Origin: a virus
Lineage: Duplodnaviria > Heunggongvirae > Uroviricota > Caudoviricetes
DNA: 12,940 nt
IMG/VR virus record: IMGVR_UViG_2563366820_000007
Reading direction: 5' to 3' (one strand)
The first letter of the stretch is position 1. The number at the start of each line of letters is the position of its first letter. The notes under the pieces were generated by a model that was not told where the DNA came from, ran no database searches, and worked only from the letters and a program-made list of their open reading frames with translations. Shown in pieces: positions 7,338-12,940 of the stretch. The position numbers and the translations under genes were made by a program.

Positions 7338-7695
7338 GGCTTACCCCCTGACGAATACGGGCGGCGAATACCATCACACAGCCATCAGGAGATTGCTGGC
7401 GTGCTTCCTGTTCGCTGGTGGCCTCGATGTGAATTACACGCGGTTGTGCCGTACTCAGGGCGATAAAACGCCAGATAAAATTGTTCTCGCATTTCTGAAT
7501 AAACAGCGTGTTTTCTTCGCGCCCTTTCCATGTTGCCGAGATATAGCCCATATCATTGAGCATCTCGCAGGCATCCACCAGCGTATCAGCGGCTACGTGT
7601 ACAGTGTTTTTACCGTCAGCCATGCAATCACGGTGCACCGCCAGGAAGGTGTATATAAATTTAGGGTGAGTTTGGGTATGCTGTGTTCCAGCCAT
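7330..7695 (-). CDS. hypothetical protein, 121 aa, first gene of the replication-side operon
   Basis: The track ORF 7330..8466 is trimmed to the ATG at 7693-7695 (MAGTQHTQ...), which has GAGGT 7 nt upstream. Internal duplication KFIYTFLAVHRD / NFIWRFIALSTAQ. Family not recognised. Confidence 0.55.
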   Translation of the reverse strand: MAGTQHTQTHPKFIYTFLAVHRDCMADGKNTVHVAADTLVDACEMLNDMGYISATWKGREENTLFIQKCENNFIWRFIALSTAQPRVIHIEATSEQEARQQSPDGCVMVFAARIRQGVSHA

Positions 7696-7784
7696 AATCG
7701 TTACCTCGTTTAACGGTTTGGTTAGACGCCCCGCTACTGCCGCAAACAGTTCGGGGCGTTGTCGTTTACATCCTCTTACTGAGG

Positions 7785-7882
7785 TGTGATTTAAATTAAA
7801 TTCAACTGAATCACAGGTCAAGTATTTTTTGTGATTCTTTTTTGTGTATACTGAATCACATCTTTTGTTTAGGAGAATGCAC
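7785..7882 (+). promoter_or_regulatory. divergent promoter/operator region
   Basis: Alternating half-sites TGTGATT (7785, 7830) and AATCACA (7810, 7854) at a spacing of about 22 bp. Extended -10 TGTGTATACT at 7842-7851. AGGAGAA ribosome-binding site at 7871-7877 before the ATG at 7883. Confidence 0.5.
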
Positions 7883-8188
7883 ATGGCAAAAAACACTATC
7901 AACGACAAATCAAAACAGATTTCAATTCGTATCCCACATGATGCTTTTGATGGCATGGAATCCGTAAAACTGGACGGCGAAAGCAACGCCGGATTCATAG
8001 TAACCGCCATGCGTGGTGAGATCGCCCGCCGCCAGGCAGAAGGAAGAGGAGAAAACCCCCTGGTTTCTTCGCTTGATGCACTGGCACAGGTGGAAAAAAT
8101 CGGAGTCAAAGCTGCCGAGGAGATCGGGCAGCTCGTCACCGTCGCGCGTGAAGAACTCCAGCGCCGCAAGGCCAAAGAACAGGAGTAG
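7883..8188 (+). CDS. small putative transcriptional regulator, 101 aa
   Basis: The only convincing plus-strand gene; ATG at 7883 with AGGAGA upstream (the track ORF starts earlier on GTG at 7844). Segment KQISIRIPHDAFDGM could be a ribbon-helix-helix-like beta strand followed by helices (weak). Divergent from the rep operon with operator-like repeats in between. Confidence 0.5.
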   Translation: MAKNTINDKSKQISIRIPHDAFDGMESVKLDGESNAGFIVTAMRGEIARRQAEGRGENPLVSSLDALAQVEKIGVKAAEEIGQLVTVAREELQRRKAKEQE

Positions 8189-8458
8189 TTGATCAGCACC
8201 GGGCGACCAGAAAAAATCGTATCAGTCGCGCCACCAGCAAAATTTTTTGCTTTCCGGACGACGTGGCCAACGACATTTTGCAGCAAAATATTCTGCATTT
8301 CTGGCGTGCTGTAGTAACGGTGATCAGCGCCTTCACTCTGTGCGACCACAACGCTATAATCTGCCTCGTAGACAGTAAGCAATATGGTGCTACAGGTAAT
8401 TCGTTCACAAAGGCGCTCCGGCAACGGGGCGCTTTCTCTTTTTGTAACGGTCAGAGCG

Positions 8459-9259
8459 TTACACATGGCTGTTTTCCTCCATGCGACGGGCTAACCAACG
8501 CTGCGAAAGGCGAATTAATTCAGCTTTCCGCTGGTGGTAGTCCTGGCCTAACTCAATCAGCGTGATATTGCTCTGCTCAAGGTAAGAAAGGTGCTCAAGC
8601 TGCAACGTGCTCATGTGGTCGCGTGGTTCGCCTGTAATGCCGTTCGCCAGTGCCCACTGTTTTGCAGTCATGCCGCCCAGCACGATACGCGCCAGCATAT
8701 TGGCTTCCGTGGTGTAATGGTGCTGTAGAGTGTTTTTACCCAGTTCAGCCCGGTACGCCTCCAGCGCGGCACACATTGGCTTAAAGTAGCTGGCAACTGT
8801 GATACGGGCTTTCAGTTCCCGGCGTAACGCTGCGGAACGTACAGGCGCAACCTTGTGTAGCTCTTCCTCGCATTTGATGAAGTACTGACGAACGGCGCGG
8901 CCCTGTTCGGTGCGTTCGACCATCGCCAGTTCTTTCGCCATGTTGATAGTGCTCAGGTAGTCGTGCTCTACACGTTGGCGAGATTTTGCGCTCACCGGAT
9001 TGGGGGAGGTCAAATTTTCTACGAATTCAAAATCCACGCCCTTTTTAAATCCGTACTCATCAATGCGTCCTTTAATCCAGGTTGTGAAATCACGCTTCAC
9101 ACCCAGCGCCTTATGCAACGCTCTGGCGCTAACAATATTGGTTTCACGCCCGCCAATAACGCCGGAAATAACCGGGATAATTTCGCCGAAATTTTGTTGG
9201 CTCTGGTTTTCAGGCCGAACGAATCCCTGCCCCTGTACGGGCGTTTTTCGCAGTTTCAT
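8459..9259 (-). CDS. phage antirepressor-like protein (AntA/KilA-type), 266 aa
   Basis: N-terminal region NIVSARALHKALGVKRDFTTWIKGRIDEYGFKKGVDFEF resembles antirepressor N-domains; C-terminal half is helical. Domain assignment from memory only. Confidence 0.55.
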   Translation of the reverse strand: MKLRKTPVQGQGFVRPENQSQQNFGEIIPVISGVIGGRETNIVSARALHKALGVKRDFTTWIKGRIDEYGFKKGVDFEFVENLTSPNPVSAKSRQRVEHDYLSTINMAKELAMVERTEQGRAVRQYFIKCEEELHKVAPVRSAALRRELKARITVASYFKPMCAALEAYRAELGKNTLQHHYTTEANMLARIVLGGMTAKQWALANGITGEPRDHMSTLQLEHLSYLEQSNITLIELGQDYHQRKAELIRLSQRWLARRMEENSHV

Positions 9260-9337
9260 AAAAACTCCTGCTATCGAATTAAGTTACTTTTTATTTGCTG
9301 GTGGATAGCTGGGACTTCTGGCCCCGTAGCCATTTAA

Positions 9338-9535
9338 TCAGGTAGCTGTTCCGCGTGATTCCGCAATACGCTGATTAATCCACTCGTCAATTTCACTCTC
9401 AACGAAAGCAATCGCTCGCGAGCCAATTTTAACTGATGCAGGAAATTTACCTTGCCCCATAAGGCGATAAATCCATGCCTTGCTATATCCAGTTCTACGC
9501 TGAACTTCCGTTAAACGAATAAGCGTATTTGACAT
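9338..9535 (-). CDS. alpA: AlpA-family transcriptional regulator / excisionase-like protein, 65 aa
   Basis: LTEVQRRTGYSKAWIYRLMGQGKFPASVKIGSRAIAFVESEIDEWI matches the AlpA (Phage_AlpA) pattern. GAGGT sits 4-5 nt upstream of the ATG. Confidence 0.85.
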   Translation of the reverse strand: MSNTLIRLTEVQRRTGYSKAWIYRLMGQGKFPASVKIGSRAIAFVESEIDEWINQRIAESRGTAT

Positions 9536-9602
9536 ATATTTACCTCATAACGTCTACTCAATTTGACGAGGTAATCATGGCACAGAAATAACGAATATTT
9601 TC

Positions 9603-9753
9603 ATACCCTCATGCCTAATGGTAATCGGGAATATTTTTACCCTAAGGGTAATAGTAAAATTGATGGGAAAGCATACAAAAATACCCTAAGGGTGAGGTCT
9701 GATTACCCTTAGGGTGAGACGCGAACAAAACATGAGATACCACTAGGGTAAGG
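9603..9753. promoter_or_regulatory. cluster of palindromic operator-like sites upstream of alpA
   Basis: TTACCCT-A-AGGGTAA at 9637-9651 (perfect 7-bp arms), TACCCTAAGGGTG at 9682-9694, TTACCCTTAGGGTGA at 9703-9717, and degenerate TACCACTAGGGTAA at 9738-9751 and GCCTAATGGTAA at 9612-9623. Confidence 0.65.
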
Positions 9754-9755
9754 CT

Positions 9756-10526
9756 TCATCGTTTGATAGGACAGGCGACAAGCTCAATAGATGCGGCCTG
9801 TCGGGAGGTAAAACCTCGTTTTTCAAGCTCAGTAGTAATCGCGCCCTGGTTTCCCCTGGTTGCGCGATCATTCTCTGGGTCGTAATTGGCCCACTCTCTG
9901 TTTCTAATATCGATAGCCAGATACAATGGGTCATCATCACGATACGCCCTTAGCAAAATCGGGCGCTCCTTTTCTAACTGATTTACCCGCTCCCTTAACG
10001 ATTCATTTTCTTTTTCCAGCATTGCAATTCGGGATAAAAAATCATCATCTGTACGCAACTCTTTATGTTCAATATTGCTTCCTTGCGCCTCGTTATTTTC
10101 AGAAGAGTCAGCACATTCCAGATTCATTAACCCGTCAAGGATTTCTGGGAAAATTTCGAAAATTTCATTTCTTCTGAATCCCATTGCCTCAAATTCGGCA
10201 TCTTCCCAATAACCAGATACCAGAAAACCACTCTCATCCCTCTCACAAGGTAAACAACCACGCTCCCTAACCGTATCCAGTTTTGCATAAAGAAAGTTAA
10301 AATCAGGTCTCCACTCAAACGGATCCGAAGAATAAAGTTCCACCTCATTTAATGAATTTACTGTGTACAGGGTAATACCTGGATTTACTGTATTTATTCT
10401 CTTGAGTATCCAGGTAATGACTTCTGAAATATTAGCATCAACAACTTTAAATACATCATCAAGAAAATCACGTAAATAAATAAACTCTTTTTTATATTCA
10501 TTTAATTCGGCATGAATATCAACCAT
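9756..10526 (-). CDS. hypothetical protein, 256 aa, orphan cargo between int and alpA
   Basis: The track ORF 9756..10607 is trimmed to the ATG at 10524-10526 (MVDIHAELNEYKKEF...). Central coiled-coil-like segment LSRIAMLEKENESLRERVNQLEKERP. The 5' two-thirds of the gene is AT-rich. No family recognised. Confidence 0.55.
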   Translation of the reverse strand: MVDIHAELNEYKKEFIYLRDFLDDVFKVVDANISEVITWILKRINTVNPGITLYTVNSLNEVELYSSDPFEWRPDFNFLYAKLDTVRERGCLPCERDESGFLVSGYWEDAEFEAMGFRRNEIFEIFPEILDGLMNLECADSSENNEAQGSNIEHKELRTDDDFLSRIAMLEKENESLRERVNQLEKERPILLRAYRDDDPLYLAIDIRNREWANYDPENDRATRGNQGAITTELEKRGFTSRQAASIELVACPIKR

Positions 10527-10527
10527 A

Positions 10528-10582
10528 CGCACACCTCTGCGCCCTCTACCGTAGTGGCTGTGCCAGTCCGCAGAGGTGTGCG
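10528..10582 (-). promoter_or_regulatory. perfect 14-bp inverted repeat (hairpin) covering the ribosome-binding site of the 256-aa gene
   Basis: CGCACACCTCTGCG (10528-10541) and CGCAGAGGTGTGCG (10569-10582) separated by 27 nt. In the minus-strand mRNA the 3' arm contains GAGGUG directly upstream of the AUG at 10526. No U-tract follows, so it is not a typical intrinsic terminator. Confidence 0.6.
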
Positions 10583-10653
10583 GATTTTCGGGAGCGACCC
10601 TAGACACAGCCTTTTCTTAATCGCTCAAAGTCTACTACTGTATACTCAACCAG

Positions 10654-11868
10654 TCACCCGCATTTTCCGAACTCACCATGCACCACATTTCCGCCATGCT
10701 CGAGCGAATCCATATAGTCGGCGTACCACTGGAGCATCTCGCGCCGCCCGTCCAGATATTGCGCATGATTGTACGTGCCACGAATTGAGTTCTTATCAAC
10801 GTGTGCAAGCTGCGTTTCTATCCACGCGGTGTTATAGCCCTGCTCATGCAAAATGGTGCTCATGGTGTGCCGGAATCCATGACCAGTAACGCGCCCGGCA
10901 TAGCCGATACGACGAATGAGCACATTCATCGCCATTTCACTCATTGGCTTACTGTGGTGAATACGACCGGGGAAAATAAACTGATACTGGCCTGTCATGT
11001 TTTTTAACTGCTCCAGTATTTTTATCGCCTGTTCTGGTAATGGCACACAATGCGGACGGCGCATCTTCATTCGTTCTTTAGGCACTTCCCACAAACGATT
11101 ATCAAAATCGATCTCCTGCCATTCTGCCTGCCGTAATTCCCCGGGTCTGACACCTGTCAGAATTAATAGCCGCATTGCCAGTTTGACGATCTGGCTTCCG
11201 GTGTACGTATTAAAAACGCGGAAAAATTCCGGCAGTTCGTCGGCCTTCAAATAGGCGTAATGCTCTTTTTTATGTGGAGCAAATGCGCTCACCAGGTCAG
11301 GGGCTGGATTATATTCGGCGCGTCCGGTGATGATTGCGTACCGGAACACCTCGCCGCATCGCTGGCGAACCTTACGCAATTTTTCAGTCGCACCACGGTC
11401 ATTAAGACGGGAAAGAACCGCCAGCAATTCCATCGGCTTAATTTCTGCGATCGGCCTACCGCCAATGTACGGAAAAACATCTTTTTCAAACGTCTCGATC
11501 ATTTCCTCGGCGTATGACGATGACCACCTGTCGATCCGCTTTTCGTACCATTCGCGAGCAATACCCTCAAAAGTATTGCCAAATTTGCTCGCCTGTTCTC
11601 GCTTTTGGGCTTTTCTGGCCTCACTTGGATTTATACCACCAGCAAGAAGCCTTTTAGCCTCATCCCTTGCCGCCCTGGCATCAGACAGAGACACATCAGG
11701 GTATACCCCCAACGACAACATTTTGGGCTTTCCTGCAAACCTGTAGCGCAGTCGCCACCCTTTCGAACCGTTCGGCTCAATGAGCAACGAAAGCCCGTTA
11801 CCGTCATTGAGTGTATAAGCCTTTTCTTTCGGCTTCGCGCGCCTGATGGCAAGGTCTGAAAGCAGCAT
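10654..11868 (-). CDS. int: P4-family tyrosine integrase, about 405 aa
   Basis: N-terminus MLLSDLAIRRAKPKEKAYTLNDGNGLSLLIEPNGSKGWRLRYRFAGKPK is a typical P4-type integrase arm-binding domain. C-terminus carries HGFRHT and RGTYNHAQY catalytic motifs. Adjacent to a tRNA gene. Start at ATG 11866-11868; an upstream in-frame ATG at 11907 is also possible. Confidence 0.9.
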   Translation of the reverse strand: MLLSDLAIRRAKPKEKAYTLNDGNGLSLLIEPNGSKGWRLRYRFAGKPKMLSLGVYPDVSLSDARAARDEAKRLLAGGINPSEARKAQKREQASKFGNTFEGIAREWYEKRIDRWSSSYAEEMIETFEKDVFPYIGGRPIAEIKPMELLAVLSRLNDRGATEKLRKVRQRCGEVFRYAIITGRAEYNPAPDLVSAFAPHKKEHYAYLKADELPEFFRVFNTYTGSQIVKLAMRLLILTGVRPGELRQAEWQEIDFDNRLWEVPKERMKMRRPHCVPLPEQAIKILEQLKNMTGQYQFIFPGRIHHSKPMSEMAMNVLIRRIGYAGRVTGHGFRHTMSTILHEQGYNTAWIETQLAHVDKNSIRGTYNHAQYLDGRREMLQWYADYMDSLEHGGNVVHGEFGKCG

Positions 11869-11962
11869 GTGTATAGCTCCAAAAAATAAATTTTGTCCTA
11901 TACGCATTACTATACACTTCTGTGTGTAGATTCTGGTAGTTGTGAGTAGACGTTAATAAGCT

Positions 11963-12019
11963 ATGAAAATGGCTGGAAGGCTTGATATTCGTGGGTTTGA
12001 TGGACTTTAGTAGACGTTG
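11963..12019. repeat. direct repeats TGAGTAGACGTT / AGTAGACGTT near attL (candidate arm-type or recombination-directionality-factor binding sites)
   Basis: TGAGTAGACGTT at 11963-11974 and TAGTAGACGTTG at 12008-12019, between the int start and the tRNA 3' end. An exact inverted copy of the 12-mer lies at 9549-9560 in the alpA leader. Confidence 0.5.
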
Positions 12020-12032
12020 AGAAATGTTTGTT

Positions 12033-12106
12033 TGGAGCGGGCGAAGGGAATCGAACCCTCGTATAGAGCTTGGGAAGCTCTCGTTCTACCATTGAACTAC
12101 GCCCGC
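12033..12106 (-). tRNA. glyU: tRNA-Gly (anticodon CCC)
   Basis: The reverse complement reads GCGGGCGTAGTTCAATGGTAGAACGAGAGCTTCCCAAGCTCTATACGAGGGTTCGATTCCCTTCGCCCGCTCCA (74 nt), with cloverleaf arms and anticodon loop TTCCCAA. Matches E. coli glyU as I recall it. Confidence 0.9.
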
Positions 12107-12184
12107 TTCGAGATGCGTAAGGCATTATAAACCTTACGCTCTCCTTAGCAAGTGCCGCGCTGCTGACTGCTGATTAATTCGCCA

Positions 12185-12940
12185 TCAGCATTTTGGCTTG
12201 CTGCCCTGAGGCGGCAAGTAACGCAGCGGATCAATTGCCGTAGCACGGTATCGAATCTGGAAATGCAGGCGAACAGATGCCGCATCAGTGCTCCCCATAG
12301 TGGCGATTTTTTGCCCAGCCTTCACGCTTTGCCCATTATTTACCAGCATCGTGTCATTATGGGCGTAAGCCGTAATGTAATCTTCACTGTGTTTAATCAT
12401 GATGAGATTACCGTAGCCACGCAGCTGGTTGCCCACATACACCACCTTTCCTGCACCCGCGGCGTAAATAGGTGTACCCCGTGGAGCTGAGATATCAATC
12501 CCTTTATTGCCGCCATCTGCTGTCGAATACGGCATGATAACTTTCCCTGTCGTTGGCCATAACCAACAACGTTGCCCTACTGGCGGCCAGGAAGATTTCG
12601 GTACCGCTGATGACGGTGTAACCGATGCGGTTTTGGTCGTTGATTTGGCGGTTGATTTACGTGTACTACTGCTATTTTTCGCCCCACCCAGTTTTAGTTT
12701 CTGACCAACTTCAATGGTGTAAGGGGGTGAAATGCCGTTCAGTCGCGCAAGTTCTTTTACGCTGGTTCCCGTGGTGCGCGAAATACGATATAGCGTATCC
12801 CCCCGTTTCACGGTGTAAACGGAGCCGGAATACGTTCCTGTATCGGATGATTTGCTACCCGAACAGCCCGCCAAAAGCAGACCAACCGATAACAACATCA
12901 CGATACCCAGAGATTTTTTATTCAGGCGTCCCGCACTCAA
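12185..12940 (-). CDS. actS: LysM/M23-peptidase-domain lipoprotein ActS (YgeR), amidase activator
   Basis: 251-aa ORF; lipobox LLLAGCSGS, LysM-like YTVKRGDTLYRISRTTGTSVKELARLNGI, and C-terminal M23-like GNKGIDISAPRGTPIYAAGAGKVVYVGNQLRGYGNLIMIKHSEDYITAYAHNDTMLV. Matches E. coli YgeR/ActS from memory. The start codon sits at the window edge. Confidence 0.9.
   Translation of the reverse strand: MSAGRLNKKSLGIVMLLSVGLLLAGCSGSKSSDTGTYSGSVYTVKRGDTLYRISRTTGTSVKELARLNGISPPYTIEVGQKLKLGGAKNSSSTRKSTAKSTTKTASVTPSSAVPKSSWPPVGQRCWLWPTTGKVIMPYSTADGGNKGIDISAPRGTPIYAAGAGKVVYVGNQLRGYGNLIMIKHSEDYITAYAHNDTMLVNNGQSVKAGQKIATMGSTDAASVRLHFQIRYRATAIDPLRYLPPQGSKPKC

Larger units (their letters stand above)
1..12058. 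mobile_element. PICI-like phage satellite / integrative element at the glyU 3' end (left boundary not in window)
   Basis: P4-type integrase next to the tRNA 3' end, AlpA, antirepressor-like gene, Rep helicase with iteron origin, TerS-like gene, AT-rich cargo, and uniform gene orientation. The end coordinate assumes an att core overlapping the tRNA 3' end. No attR copy was found in the window. Confidence 0.6.

Noticed and set aside
7330-8466. 378-aa ORF in the six-frame track
   Set aside because: Its N-terminal 257 codons run antisense through the plus-strand regulator gene and the operator-rich intergenic region. A good ribosome-binding site precedes the internal ATG at 7695, so only the C-terminal 121 aa are called.
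8193-8565. ORFs 8193..8408 (-) and 8263..8565 (+) in the gap between convergent genes
   Set aside because: No ribosome-binding site, one overlaps the 3' end of the antirepressor-like gene, and the translations are unconvincing; the region is reported only as possible non-coding or regulatory.
10528-10582. The 14-bp hairpin as the intrinsic terminator of int
   Set aside because: On the minus strand the stem is followed by GUAUGGUUGAUAUU, not a U-tract, and it directly abuts the next start codon; a translational-control role fits better.
10512-11859. Several plus-strand and minus-strand alternative-frame ORFs overlapping the integrase gene
   Set aside because: The integrase frame has clear family motifs; the others are shadow ORFs.
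11869-12058. Search for the att core / attR direct repeat of the tRNA 3' end
   Set aside because: No second copy of the tRNA 3'-end sequence was found by eye elsewhere in the window, so att boundaries are not annotated; the left end of the island is presumably outside the window.

Overview
The window looks like an Escherichia-type chromosome at the glyU tRNA-Gly(CCC) / actS (ygeR) locus, carrying an integrated element of about 12 kb whose left end is not in the window. Almost every gene is on the minus strand. Reading away from the tRNA: P4-family tyrosine integrase, an orphan 256-aa cargo protein, AlpA, an antirepressor-like protein, a small divergent regulator, a translationally coupled operon of small proteins ending in a RepA-like helicase, an iteron origin abutting the rep stop codon, a ProQ/FinO-like and PerC-like pair, two hypothetical proteins, a Nu1/TerS-like winged-HTH protein, a TTGACAC repeat array, and a very AT-rich two-gene cargo at the distal end. 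The int–alpA–rep/ori–terS-like layout fits a PICI-like phage satellite. No attR copy of the tRNA 3' end was found. The best candidates for an undescribed system are the AT-rich distal cassette (1..823) and the int-proximal orphan gene with a hairpin that sequesters its ribosome-binding site. All product calls rest on motif recognition from memory; no database search was run.
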